Below are positions 1-15,439 of a DNA stretch of 64,000 bases, in pieces; position 1 is the first letter of the stretch, and the number at the start of each line of letters is the position of its first letter. Source of the stretch: Octopus vulgaris (Eukaryota); assembly GCA_951406725.2 (NCBI GenBank), contig OX597815.1, positions 85,932,001-85,996,000 of the forward strand, written 5' to 3'. The notes under the pieces were generated by a model, which worked only from the letters and a program-made list of their open reading frames with translations, was not told the origin of the DNA and made no database searches. Made by a program: the position numbers and the translations under genes.

Positions 1-611
1 ACTATAAACGTGTTGTCAGAGGCGATAGAAGCTGCGGATAGTTTGACGCTAGTATTGTGTGGCACAGGCACGATAAATCGGCGGAAAGGAAGACGGAATA
101 TGTCCAATTAGAGCAGTACCTGAAAGCAGGATGGAGAAAAGAAAACTCTTGTCGCTTGCAGCATTCAGTAGGGAACGGTGGAACTTACATTCCCTCTCGA
201 AGTATGCTGAGGATTAGCTCAAGTGCCCTGATTAAAACTGATGATTTCATTTTTTTTTTCTATCAGACAGGCAACCGTTTTGAATTACCGAAAAGCAAGA
301 AGCGACAATCCACGAAACACAGGCGATTGGGGGTAGGCTTGGATTGCGAACTGATTGAAGGTAGACTTGGTACTGGTACTTCTCATGCAAACAAACCAGG
401 AAAAGTAACTTTCAATGTGACTCTGAGCTGAACGAGCTGTCACCGACAGTCGAAGGAGAAAAGCCTATACATCACTTCGCTCGCGGTACCAACAGCATAA
501 GTGTTTTCTTCTTGAGATTGTGGAAAAAATCTAGATCTGAGCTGCTGATAAAAACACAATCCTAGCAACAACAGTAGCCGAAGCAGCAGTATCAACAACT
601 GTAGAAACAAT

Positions 612-824
612 ATTGATTTCAAATTTTGGCACATGGCCAACAATTTAGAGTGAGAGGTAAGTCGATTACATCGACCCCAGTGCTCAACTGCTACTTATTT
701 TATTGCGCCCCGAAAGATTGAAAAGCAAAGCCAACCTCGGTGGAATTTGAACTTTGAACATAAAGATGGACTAAATATACTAAGCATTTTGTTCGGCTTC
801 CTAACGATTCTGCCAGCTTGCTGC
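612..824 (-). mobile_element. tRNA-derived octopus-type SINE (OR/OK-like), copy
   Basis: Reverse complement reads gcagcaagctggcagaatcgttag...gttcaaattccaccgaggttggctttgcttttc...gcactggggtcgatgtaatcgacttac...gtgccaaaatttgaaa. It has A/B-box-like motifs and the same body as the copies at 21548 and 47215. Confidence 0.8.
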
Positions 825-2059
825 TTTCGAACTGTAGATGCAATATTAACAACAGAACCATCGCAACCACAACAACAACACTATCAAGAACTGTGGCAGA
901 ACAGCAGTGGTACCACCAACACCACTCCAACTATCACCACCACTAACAGTAGTAGCAGAATCAATAACAGTTTTAGAAAAATCCCTAGCAAGAAAATTCG
1001 ACAAAGCTGCAACTGGCAGGAGAATTCGACAAAGCTGCAACTAACTAAATGGAGCATCTCTATAGCACCTTTTCCAAAATAAAGGAAGCAGACATAGATG
1101 AACAGATACCCCAGTCCCTCCTCAAACTTCTCTGATTCTGAAACCTCGTTGCAATCATCAGTGCCATCGCCACTACAGCTACCAAAACCATCACCACTAT
1201 CAGCACCACCACCACCATATCACTTCCACAATCATTACCACCAACACGACGACGACCAACCACCATCAGCTTTACTCCATCCACTACTACTTGCAATGAC
1301 ACCCGAAAGACCACCGCCAACACATAACAGCAGCAACAATAACAGCAACAACAACACCAACTATGACGAAAACTAAACATGCGATTACGCCTGAAAACAA
1401 AAGCTACCAGAGGAAAACGTACAAATACAAGAACGCAATCAAAAACAGCGAGAATAAACATCTTTTGGCACATTTTAGTATGTAATACAGCTACGATATA
1501 TGTGTGTACGCTTTAAAAGAGTATCATGATTCTACTATAATGCAAATGTTTTAATTTCAACAAACGCTCAGATGAAATCCTGAGTCAAACAATTTCAGCT
1601 GCGAAATATTTATCTTTGCTGTAGGTTATATAGGCAATAAGTATTTTATATACGTGTCATATAAAAGTGAAGTATTAACAAGAGAGGACCACTAGTAAAT
1701 GTTGAAACCATTTGCTACATTATCAGTCATGTGAATTGCTGACAATTCTCGTCGTTATAACCCGAATATTATTATTATTATTATTCTAAGTTATAGAGCT
1801 CCACATTTTAAATATGAATATGGTTTAGGCTTTAAGTATTCTTTTACATATTGAACTACCGCAGTTACCATCGGTCACCGCTTTAGTACCTAAAGCTACT
1901 TCTTTAGTACACGTAGTGTCCAGAAGCCCTGTTACTAAAACATGCCCAGTCACTCAATATAATACGACTTCAGTCCTACCATCAGATTTAAATAACCGAT
2001 GTGGAGCTAATGTTCATAATATAGACCTACGTACAGTATATCCAAAGGGGGAAGAAAAA

Positions 2060-3500
2060 AACAAGATCGAGTGGTCGTGGCTAGAATGACTTTGATCATA
2101 GTTCTATAAAATACGGACGAGCTGATTAGTAGCAACTTGAGCTAATTCGAGCAAAGCAGCCACAGCATCATTAACACCAGCATCAACAACAACAACGCCG
2201 TAGTCACTCTACCAATGAAATACTTCTATCTACGTTCAGCATTTCACTTCCCACTCCAAGCAATTGAGTGAGCCTCTACTTGGTCATTCGGCTGCCAAGA
2301 AATAGCAGCTGAATTGTCCCTTAAATTACCCTTAAATTAGAAATGGAACGAAGTGTTGGACAAATTAGTCGTAGTTATACAAAAGACTAAATGATCATTA
2401 ATGCAAACTCTTTGGTCATCGTTTTGCTTAATTAGAGACCTAAGCATCTACAACGACTACAATAACAAAATAAACAATAAAAACAACTTTCATGTCAATG
2501 AGGTTACCTTAACGATCCAAATGAAGACAAACCTCCCAAGTCAAAGAGGAGGGAGTTACGGCCGAACCGACAAAGGGTGTCATTGCATGGTCGTTCAAGT
2601 TGTTACAAATAGCAGTAAAATCTTCTTCATTTCACACCCTGGCACCTTACACGGGAAAGGACATACTGGATAATGTCACCCTCAATATATATCTAAACTA
2701 AATGCTGGCAGAATCGTTAGCACATTGGGCAAAATGCTTAGCGGCCACTCGTCCGTCTTTACATTCTGAGTTCAAATACCGCCGAGGTGGACATTGCCTT
2801 TCATCTTTTCGAAGGCCGATATAATCGTCTTACTCCCTCCCGCGAAATAACTGGCCTTTTACCATAATTTAAAACCTTCGTATGTCTGACCAAAATTAAA
2901 CGGGATGGATGTCTCTGAGAATTCTTTTGATTATATTTTTGCTCTATCGACATTTTCTATCACAACATGAAAATTTGAAAGCATTCATCTCTTTCATTGA
3001 TCAGGTTTTTATCCATGTATAATTTTCTGCTGATATGATGAGAGTTTTGCCTCTTATTTTCTAAGTAGGTGACCCCAGCAAATCAGTGGATCATGTGTAT
3101 CAACTGTCCATCTATTCAGTACTTTGTCAGCTTATGTTATGTTGTTATGTTTTGCTTCCCCGTTCAGTAGACATGCAACATACTAATTTTCTCTTTGATG
3201 TTTTTTGATGAAACTAGCATCTCCAGCCGTTTCATCGTACAGTCATATCCACACATTTGAAATATCTACGATACCACATAGGTCTGGAACTTCTTTGTGG
3301 CGGTACAAACTGCTGGAAATAGCATTGAAATCTTTCTCAAATCCCATCCCACCGTCTTAAAGAAAGACACTTTGAACAATACACTACAGGGTTTTCTGCT
3401 GACGGAAAAAGACGAGATGGTCACGACTGGACTGTTTTTATCATAGACCTGTTCAATCAAGTTGACCTAGGATTCAAAAACTACAGCAGCAACAGCAACA
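2060..3500 (+). repeat. Several degenerate copies of a dispersed repeat ending in gaatgcctttgatcatag...aaacaacaac (probable SINE/LINE 3' end)
   Basis: The motifs agaaatagcagc and ctttgatcatag/cacag recur at about 2090, 2300, 3315, 9565-9835, 57650-57810 and 59700-59760. Confidence 0.5.
2700..2876 (+). mobile_element. tRNA-derived SINE copy
   Basis: gctggcagaatcgttagcac...ttctgagttcaaataccgccgaggtggacattgcctttcatc matches the family. Confidence 0.8.
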
Positions 3501-3954
3501 ACAAAGGCATCATCTTATGAACACTATATTACCCATTCATTCCATAAAAAAAAAATGGAACGAATAAAAAATCTATGCACACAAAAACGATATTAATAAT
3601 AACCTTATTAGCTCCAGCATGGTGGTAGTGGAACATACATCACAAACAATAAAATGCGAAAAATAGTAACAGTCGTGCTCGAATGAGTCTATCCCGCCTA
3701 TCCTTGCTGAGCTATTGTAAGAACCCACTGACATACAAACACTTGACTGGTCAATGAAAAACAGAATAACACGTCCAGGATTCTATTCCGTATTCCATAC
3801 GGAAACTCGCGTCAAAGTGTTTAGTAGTATGGCCTTACACAAGGTGAATGTATGGTGTATTTATAGCGACGGGTGTGAAGATCAAAGTCTTTCGATTTGC
3901 ACATATATATCTATATCTATTAACACCGAACTATATTTCAGACTCGCAAGCTGC

Positions 3955-4893
3955 GTAGACACACTACCACCACACACAGCATCATCACCATCACCATAAT
4001 CACAATCATCATACGCTATTACTCCGATCTCTATCTTTATTACTGCCACCGCCATCTTTACCATCTCCATCACCACCATCATCACACACCACAAGCACCA
4101 CTAATTATCGCTATTGCATCCACCACCATTACTATAACTTTCACTATATACACGTACCCTACTACCACCACCACCACCACCACCACCACCACCACCACCA
4201 CCATCACGTCTACATCCAACTTGACTAGCACTGTCAGCTTTACCATTAGCATATTTATCAAATCCGCCGCCGCTGCTGTCTACACCATCACCACTACTAC
4301 CATTAACATTGCTCCTAACCACAGCTCAACAATAACAACAACAACAACAACAATGCCTCCACAATCCCAACCAACACTCACCATCACTCCACTAACCTCA
4401 TCCACCAGAACAGCAACAACAATCATCACTGCATTCAATATCACCACACCAATTATATCATCACCTATTCTTCCCAGCAACCCACCACCACAACCACCAC
4501 CACCGCAGCCGCCGCCGCTACCACCACAACCACCACCAACACCACCATCACCACCACAAATATTGCAGCCAGAACGACCACCACGACCGCCGCCGCCGCA
4601 GCCGCCACAATTGTTGCAGTACCAGTACCACCACCACCACCACACTAACCCACCACTTTCCCACCGCTTGCACCTCACCACCACCGACCGCCATAAACGA
4701 CAGCAACAACATCGACAAGAACAAAAGCTATCATCATCATCATCATCATCATCATCACCATCACCATCGCTACATTCAATAAAAACCCACACCGCACCAC
4801 TTCGATCACCACCTTCTCTCCTTTACTTACCACCGCCATCACCGTAACTACCACGACCACATTCACTACAATTTCTACCTCGATCGCCAATAG

Positions 4894-4924
<31 letters not shown>

Positions 4925-5134
4925 ATCAACACCACCACAACCGCCACCATAATAACCAACAAGGCCACCGTCAATATCGTTGCACACGCTGGCCCCGACA
5001 TAACTTCCCGTGAGTAGCAACTAATCCATAAATAATCTTCCGAATGAAACATCATAGATTCTTGCCTACACATAATACCATCTACTCTTATATCACACCA
5101 TATCATATCAACACACACGGCCATAATGGAACGA

Positions 5135-5168
<34 letters not shown>

Positions 5169-5636
5169 AGCTGCAGCAGTAACAACGATAACAACAACAA
5201 CAACAGCAGCCACAACGACAAAAGTAATGAAGAACAAATGAAAACCATTATACAAACGGACATTAACGCGTACGCATACATATACACATACACATACGCA
5301 AACATACATATAATTGGTGTCATTTTGTTATATACACATTTGTATATGTCTGTGTGTGTGTGTTTCTGTATGTGTTTGCATGCGTATACACACGCAAGCA
5401 CACAGACGGACAGACAGACACACTCACACACACATACATTAAAACTGATAACCCCATGAAAACTATAGAGACACAAATACACACGCACACTCACAGTTAT
5501 AAATATATGAATATTTATGCCTATGTATGTGTGAGTTTGTGTGTATATATGTATATATACATACAGTTATATATAAAATATCGGGATAAATATACATATA
5601 ATAATGATACATCTACTCGCAACCCCGCACGCACAT

Positions 5637-5685
<49 letters not shown>

Positions 5686-5821
5686 TGTATATATATATGT
5701 ATATATATATTATATATATGTATGTATATATGTACGTGTGTGTGTATATATATATGTATATATATATATGTATATGTATATATATATATGTGTGTGTATG
5801 TATGTATGTATTTATGTATAC

Positions 5822-5857
<36 letters not shown>

Positions 5858-6080
5858 AATATATATATATATATACCTATAAGTACACACACAGGCACAT
5901 AGTCGCAGGCATATAACACAATACAAACCACACAGATATAAATGTCCTGGGGACACACAGACGTAAAGGAATTTTTGGCTAACCTTCAATTGATTGTTCC
6001 AGCACGAGCCATGAATAATATCCGTTGTAGATTAGAAAGAGAAACCTACTATCAGTATCACCACCGCCGCCACCGATAAC

Positions 6081-6132
<52 letters not shown>

Positions 6133-6750
6133 GTCATTATCATCATCATCAACATCATCATCTTCATCATCACCACCACCATCATCATTATCATCAACAC
6201 CATTATCATTATCATCCACACCATCATCATCGTCGTCGTAGTCGTAGTCGTCATCGACTTCATCGTAGTAGTCGTCGTCGTCGTCGTCCTCCTCCTCCTC
6301 CTCATCATCAATAGCATCAACACCATCGTCATCAATCCAGCAGCAATGTCGTCTCCACTACCACCACCATCATCATATCAAAATCACCACATAAATATCA
6401 TCATCACTCCCTTCAATATTATATTATTATCACCACCAATGTTGCCGTCGCCGTCCTCCTCCTCACCCCACCCCCACCACCGTAACTAGAAGGGTGACGA
6501 TGATCACCACCACAACTTCCACCACCACCACTACCATCATCATCATCATCATCATCTTTATCACTACTACAACGACTAATGCCATTCGTACATCTATCAC
6601 AACCACTACCAACACATTCATTACAACGACCTCAACTCTTACCAACACTAGTGTCACAACGCCACCTACCAATGCCACTCCCAACGGCAATACCAATACC
6701 ACAACCAACATCAGCCACTATCAACAACTGTCAACGCTACAATCGCAATA
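3955..6750. repeat. Degenerate trinucleotide (CAC/CAT/CAA/CCG) and (TA)/(CA) microsatellite field
   Basis: Directly visible. It accounts for the poly-P/T/G/M/YI ORFs. Confidence 0.95.
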
Positions 6751-8149
6751 ATAGATCTTGTGGTTCATTTCAAAACAACGGAAATGTTGATTCGAGCTTC
6801 TAAAAAAATAAGTCAAGCTTCACTTTGTTGCCTCGCTTGTTTGATTGATCCTCTCACCTAGGCTCAAACCAGCCCCAAACGATATTAAGGGCTGACGTTG
6901 TAATCTCTACGTGGTCGCTCCATCTGCTCGAAACAGTATGCATACTTGCCTGATATCACATCATAGCCTCTTATTAAGCGGAACGTTGGATGATGTAGTC
7001 GTGAGTTCTCTGAAAGACAACATGGCTGAAATGACTTTGGTTTGAGCTGAGGTAGGTTAAACACTATCTTCACCACCTTTGCAGCAACAGTTACCAATAA
7101 CTACAATGATTACACATTTTCGCGACCAGGTGTTCTCCACGGGCAACCCAGACACATCACGCCTATACTGACTTCATGAACACAGATCTAGAAAACATCC
7201 TCCAATAGGGTGATAACATTTTTGTCGTCAACAGCAAAAGCACAAACTTAATATACATATCAAGGATACATTCCTTCTTCTTTCCTAAACATGAACATCA
7301 CCCAACTAGAACCATGACGATCACTTCAAATGCTGCGGCATTACCTCCACTGACGGTCTCCCTTCACAAAATTAGTGAACTGCTCCCAATTGTGGAATGG
7401 TGCTTCAACTACACACATGTACTCTAAATCGCTTATTGAGTGGAACTGTTACTCAACTGACTGATGTGAATTCAATCACACACTCGAATATCTACACCAG
7501 AGGCGTAGTCTCTCCGTCTTTTCTATCGATACTACAGTAGCTTCTGCACTTTAGATTTCGGTGACTCTTTGGTGCCTCCGTTCAGGTCCTCCTGACTCAT
7601 CTTTCCTTCCTTTCACTACCGACGTCAACATCCCGTGCCGTGCGATAGCCACTTATCCAAGTATATCCTCTCAAGAATGACAGCTCACGAGAATTCTAAT
7701 TCACTACATGGTTTTGCCCAGGCCGGCCGTCGACTTGAAACAGTTCAAGTGGTAAATATACATTAATGAAATATACAGTATAAACTAATGCTGAATATAA
7801 CATGCTGGAAACCAAAACAGGGTGATTACAATTAGAAGGTCGGTCGGACGTCGTGTACTCGACACAGAAATATTTCTCACATGTTTGAATGCCATCAGTG
7901 AATAACATTTGGTCATGGGGTCTCTGTAACACTTATAAAGGAAAATATCTTTAAAAGAGTCTTCCAGATAATCTCACAAATGCCTTCAGACAGCATTTGG
8001 AAAAATACATGTTTACAGAAAAAAATAACATTGACTGAAACGATGACAAAAAAAAATGTATGTGCTCTTGTTCCAAATGTCTCAGGTGTGATCAGAATAT
8101 ATTTAAAAGAAAACTTTCCTCACATAAAAAGAAGCTTAATAACCAAGGA

Positions 8150-8948
<799 letters not shown>

Positions 8949-9839
8949 AGTAATGGTAATCACTTAGCAAACGATTTCCCCAGCTTTCCTCGGACCACCT
9001 AGCAATTATCATTAGTTCACAGTTGCACATCAACGATGAAAGCGAAAACACTTATTAGAAATTTTTTCAAAAAAGCACAATGGTATGAGTTCCATCAAGA
9101 TTCAGAATGATGTTTTTAGATTTCAACAACACTACTATCACCAACGTAAAACGCAGCAATACTACATTCAAGAAAATAATTTTAGACATCTAAAAATGTA
9201 TCTCACAAGGCCAAAAATGTTACATACCAGAAATAGCCAGTCTCATTAAAAACCAGAGACTGCTTCAAATAGAGAAGAGAAAACCCACACACAGCCAAAA
9301 TAAAATTCAACATCAAATACTAAACAAGGAAAATACCAACAACAGCAACAAACCGGAAAAAAACATAGAAAAATAGAAAACTGGCTAACATTTGCATTGA
9401 ATATGAACCACCAAACTAACAGTAAAACACTATATATTATACAGTAATGTACAGCATCAACCAGAACGTGGCTTGTGATATATCAAATTGGACGAACAAC
9501 CACTTAGAGGTAACCTCGTTGGATCTAAGCCAAACGAATATCCTCCACTTAGTCGTGAACCTGTTAGAAATAGCAGCTAAATCCTCATCAAAGTACACGC
9601 TGTTGTCTTAATTATTTTGAAATAAAAACCAATGGAGGCAGCTCTAGAAATAATTTTGCCAGTTAAAAGTAAGAGCTAAATACAATATCTTTACATGTTG
9701 GTGAATCAAGTCCTACATATATACACTACTTCAGATATAAAAACATAATCTCAAGACAGATACAAAAAAATACACATAGTGCTTTTGATCATAGGTCTAA
9801 TCGATCCGAGTATACCAGGGGTTGAACAACAACAACATG

Positions 9840-10354
9840 GACTGCAGTGGCAGCAGCATCAGTAGCATCAGCAGCACCAGCAGCAATCAGTATCAGCAAC
9901 AGCAACTATTACCCGCTTTTCCATTAAGATAACCAACAATATAATTATTTCAACAAGTGCTATTGATGTAACCCCGAGTTTTTCCGTTACCACACCCACT
10001 GCTAGCAAAAACATGCATGGACGTTTACCACGAGCAGCCTACCAACCAAACAAGCAACCAGCCAACCAGCCAGCCAGCCAGCTAGTCAACCAGCCAATAA
10101 ACTACCAGGCATCAAACAACCAGGCATCAAACAACCAAACCAAACCCTTTCAACCAAGCAGTACTATGAGAACCAACGATGCCATCCTTGTTTCTAACAT
10201 CATCCAATCTGCAACCATAACCACCAGCCCTACCATCACCACTACTACTACCACCACCAATATAAATGATACCGCCGTTACCATTATGACCTTATGCCAT
10301 TATAAGTACTTGCAGTACTACATATTCGAATATTATCATTGCTACACATCCATG

Positions 10355-10412
<58 letters not shown>

Positions 10413-10635
10413 CACTAATACTACTATTACTGCTGCTGCTGCTGCAGCCACCAACAGTGCAACCAGCCATATTGCCATCACTTCTATTACGAAGAAACGC
10501 TGCCATCCAAAATGCATTTCAAAAGCATTCCTGCTACCAGCTTCCTCATTGATACAATGAACCCTGTTATGACGACGAGTATGATGACAACGACGATGAT
10601 GGTGATTATGACCATCATCAACGGTAGCAGTAGTT

Positions 10636-10686
<51 letters not shown>

Positions 10687-11104
10687 ATGGAAGTTGTAAT
10701 GGAGATGTCATGAGTTTTCTTCCAACCCCAAAAAGACACCACAAACACTCGCAGTATAACTGGTCATAGATATCTGCAACAAAACCCCGTTAGTATCACC
10801 ACATTGACTGTGCTACCTCGACGATCAACACTCTGCCATTTTGAATACAAAGCAGCATCAACGGCAACAACAACAGCAACAATAACGACAACAACAACAA
10901 CAACAACAGCAGCAGTGACAACAACAGCAAATACAGAAATAATAAGAGACTAGTGACTAATAGGGAGCAATAGTGAGCAGTATTGTTTATAGAGTATCAG
11001 AGTCTAATATCCTCACATTGAGAAAATCCTGCAACTTTCAGAAATATATGCACACATACATACATACATACATACACACATACATACATACATACATACA
11101 TACA

Positions 11105-11140
<36 letters not shown>

Positions 11141-11186
11141 CATACATACACACACACATACATACATCCCTCCATACATACATACA

Positions 11187-11228
<42 letters not shown>

Positions 11229-11541
11229 CATAGATACATTCACACATACATGTATATTCTCATAAGATCTTATATTGTAAAGGGTTTCTAAATAGATATA
11301 AATGTGTGCCTTCCATTTAATTGAAAATGTAATGCGAAACGTATGCAGTCTCTTTCATTGATAATGGTGCAGCCATAGGAATCTGGTTTATTTCCACTAA
11401 TGTCATATATCAAGGTAGAAATAATTACACCTTGATACGCTGTTTCTTTACTGTGCCTCTGTGTGTATGTATGTGTGTTTGTGTGTATGTGTGTGTATGT
11501 GTGTGTGCATGTGTGAAAACATGTAGATATATACATATGTA

Positions 11542-11626
<85 letters not shown>

Positions 11627-11756
11627 GTCTGTCTGTCTGTCTGTCTGTCTATTTGTCTGTGTGTCTGTCTGTCTGTGTGTGTGCCTGTGTGTGTGTGTCT
11701 GTCTGTCTGTCTATTCATCTATCTATCTACTTGTGTAGCTCTATATATGTACACAC

Positions 11757-11790
<34 letters not shown>
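9840..11790. repeat. Mixed (CAG)/(TAC)/(GTA)/(CAA)/(TACA)/(TCTA) microsatellite field
   Basis: Directly visible. Confidence 0.95.
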
Positions 11791-11793
11791 ATA

Positions 11794-12319
<526 letters not shown>

Positions 12320-12320
12320 A

Positions 12321-12438
12321 TATAAATTAGAGATAAAACCACTATTATGCAACCCAAACATATTTTATATTTTTATATTGTGAAATTTGATTTAATACTA
12401 AAATTGAATTTTTCCCTGTAAGTTTGGAGTTATACTCC

Positions 12439-12441
<3 letters not shown>
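12321..12441. mobile_element. Collapsed PLE pLTR end, family C (inverted end + tail)
   Basis: aaattagagataaaaccactatta is shared with 27354. The tail attgtgaaatttgatttaatact...tttttccctgtaagtttggag is shared with 15028, 27705 and 28605. Confidence 0.65.
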
Positions 12442-12495
<54 letters not shown>

Positions 12496-12502
<7 letters not shown>

Positions 12503-12797
12503 TAATTAAGGGTAGAAATTGATATTTATCAATTAAGACCAGTGGTCTAGCATATTAAAAAAGAATCCGAAGATTAAAATATTTATATATACCAATTAAG
12601 GACTGAACACGAAAAGTGGACAGTCAACATGCTAGATATAGACGTCAAATCGTCATTCACCACAAAAGATTATGTTCTCAGATCAAACTCAACACTGTGT
12701 TGAGTTTGATCTGAGAACATAATCTTTTGTGGTGAATGACGATTTGACGTCTATATCTAGCATGTTGACTGTCCACTTTTCGTGTTCAGTCCTTAAT

Positions 12798-12800
<3 letters not shown>
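12496..12800. mobile_element. PLE pLTR fold-back, family B, containing a perfect 203-bp palindrome
   Basis: Arms 12595-12695 and 12697-12797 are exact reverse complements. The sequence is homologous to 54217-54408 and 54713-54820, where it follows a hammerhead. (TA)n lies on both sides. Confidence 0.8.
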
Positions 12801-12859
<59 letters not shown>

Positions 12860-13289
12860 TGGACTTTTTCGTGTCGATTTCAAGATATGAACGTTCAGTC
12901 ATTCCATGAACTGCACAATGTTCCCGTTGAATCATCGTTACAAGTGGCCGAGTATACCACATACACGCGTACCTTTATCGTAATTACCCGTTAGAATCAG
13001 TGTGCCATCAGCTTCACAAGACTAAGGCTTTTGAATTACAGGACTGTCCAGTCAACAGGCTTCTACCCTGTTTCTGTCAAGTGAGTCTTCTCGAAACCTT
13101 CTCGAGGGGATATGTTGAATTCATTTGTTCAAGACTCCAACTGATGATGTTGAGCACTTAACAATTCCCATGTTCAAACACACACGTTTACACTTAGTCA
13201 CACACACTCACACACACATACACACACAAACACAAGCACAAACGCACACACTCACACACACATACACACACCTTTTATTCTGCAGGGAT

Positions 13290-13906
13290 ACTGCACAGAA
13301 ATGTTTAGTCAAACAAATCAACTGTACATTTTTTTTGTTTTAGTTATTTGGTCGGATCGCTAATTTACGTGGACGAAAACAAACCATCGCCCGCTGTCAA
13401 GAGGTGATCGGGAACAAACACAACAACAAAGACACACATATATGTATACAACAGGCTTCAACACATTTTCCGTTTGCCAAATTCACGCAGAAAGCATAGG
13501 TCAGTCCGAGGTTATCGTAGAGGACACTTGCTCAATATGTCTCACTGTAGTACTAAGCCTGAAATCACATGGTTGTAAAGCGAGCGTTTTAACCACACAC
13601 CCATAGCTGCGCCTTTACATACATTCATATCTGTGTGTGTTTGTGTGTGTGTGTGTGTACAAATATCTTTTAACTTTTGCTTGTTTCAGTTATTAGACTG
13701 CGGCCATGCTGGGGCACCGCCTTGAATTTCTAGTCGACTGAATCGACCCAGTAATTATTTTAATCCTGGTACTTATTTTATCACTTTCTTGAGACGAACT
13801 GAGTTATGGGGATGTAAACACAGCATCACCGGTTGTCAAGAAGTGGTGGTGCGAGAAACATTGACAGAAACACACATACATACATGTATGCATAAATGTA
13901 TATATA

Positions 13907-13978
<72 letters not shown>

Positions 13979-13988
13979 TGTGTGTATG

Positions 13989-14050
<62 letters not shown>

Positions 14051-14210
14051 CATATGGCGGGCTTCTTTCAGTTTCTGTCTGCCAAATCAACTCACACAGC
14101 TCTCGTCAGCTCGGGGCTATTGTAGAAAACACTTGCCGAAGGTGAAACGCAGTGGGACTGAACCTGGAACACTGTGGTTGGGAAGTAAGACACCCACTAC
14201 TACAGAGATG
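13290..14210 (-). mobile_element. Two tandem copies of a second tRNA-derived SINE family with an internal microsatellite
   Basis: The reverse complement head cttacttcccaaccacagtgttccaggttcagtcccactgcg...ggcaagtgttttctacaatagcccc recurs at 13460-13612, 14055-14200, 46350-46500 (+) and 60915-61075 (-). Confidence 0.75.
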
Positions 14211-14857
14211 CATATATGGCTTATATAAGAATATGTATATGAACATACACACACTTCCTCGCACACGCACAGATATACACACAGACACACACACACACAC
14301 ATACCGGATTTATACTTTGTTTTCTAACAGTAATTTGATCCGAGACTGTGTGAGACAATCTTATTGTGGTCAACTGATGATAATCATTTCATACACGACT
14401 ATGTTCGTATATTCACTTTTGTTTTATTTTTAATATTGTAATATAATTATTAAGTATCAAAATATTTCCTCTGCCTGCTCACTGACACAGTATTAGGTCT
14501 TTGTTAACAGTAACTCGGGCGTAGACCTATGACAAAAGATTTTGATACGCAATGATATATAAAGTTATTAGAATATAATATCATTGTAAAAGTGAAGCTA
14601 AAGATATATGTGAGTTTTAAATAGCTACGATATCAAACGAACTGTGTATACCAGGAACAATGACGTAATTGATTTATACATACATACATATATACATACA
14701 TACATATGCGGACATACGCTTCTATATGATATACATACACACAAGACAGAAATATTGGGTACAAATACCCCTACTCGTAGTCTTGATATTAAATATTCTA
14801 ATAATATTGTCGGAGTGTGCAGACTATACCGAACTAGCCCCCCCCCCTTACGTATAT

Positions 14858-15085
14858 ATAATATTAGGAAGTATAACTCCAAACTTACAGGGAAAAATTC
14901 AATTTAGTATTAAATCAAATTCCGCAATATAAATATATACTATATATAAATTAAAAAAAACAATATTATTTAATTCAAATAATTACATAATAGTGGTTTT
15001 TCTCTCATTTATATATAGTATATATTTATATTGTGAAATTTTATTTAATACTAAATTGAATTTTTCCCCGTAAGTTTCGAGTTAT
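14858..15085. mobile_element. PLE pLTR tail-to-tail fold-back, family C
   Basis: 14870-14950 (ataactccaaacttacagggaaaaattcaatttag...) is the reverse complement of 15010-15085. Confidence 0.7.
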
Positions 15086-15114
15086 ATATATATATATATA
15101 TAGAATAAAACTTT

Positions 15115-15420
15115 ATATATAAAGAACGTGAAATTCACGAATTGACGAACACGGAAAACAGACAGTCATTCAGAGCCTTCATTCTTCAGTCAGAAACCGA
15201 TTCATCATGGCAAATTTCGGCTGTTTAATTCTGAGATTTGCTCCAAAACGGCCAGCCCCAAGGAAAAGCTAAGCTATGGGCATTAGATTTCCTTGGTAGA
15301 AGGAAAGAATGTGACAACAGAGACGAATAGGAAAACAAGAGACGAAGATAAAATTGGAAACAGTAACGAATAAAAACATGAATGACACCATCTTACGACT
15401 TTGAGACAAAATGGGACAAA
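15115..15420 (-). mobile_element. Probable pLTR-type repeat end with a structured region
   Basis: The minus strand ends gtgttcgtcaattcgtgaatttcacgttctttatata, resembling the termini at 23145, 30660 and 55315. It abuts (TA)n. Confidence 0.4.
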
Positions 15421-15439
15421 AACAATTGATCAGCAAGCG

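Noticed and set aside
4101-6751. Pro/Thr/Gly/Met-rich ORFs resembling extensins or mucins
   Set aside because: They are translations of trinucleotide microsatellites, open in several frames on both strands, with no domain or splice support.
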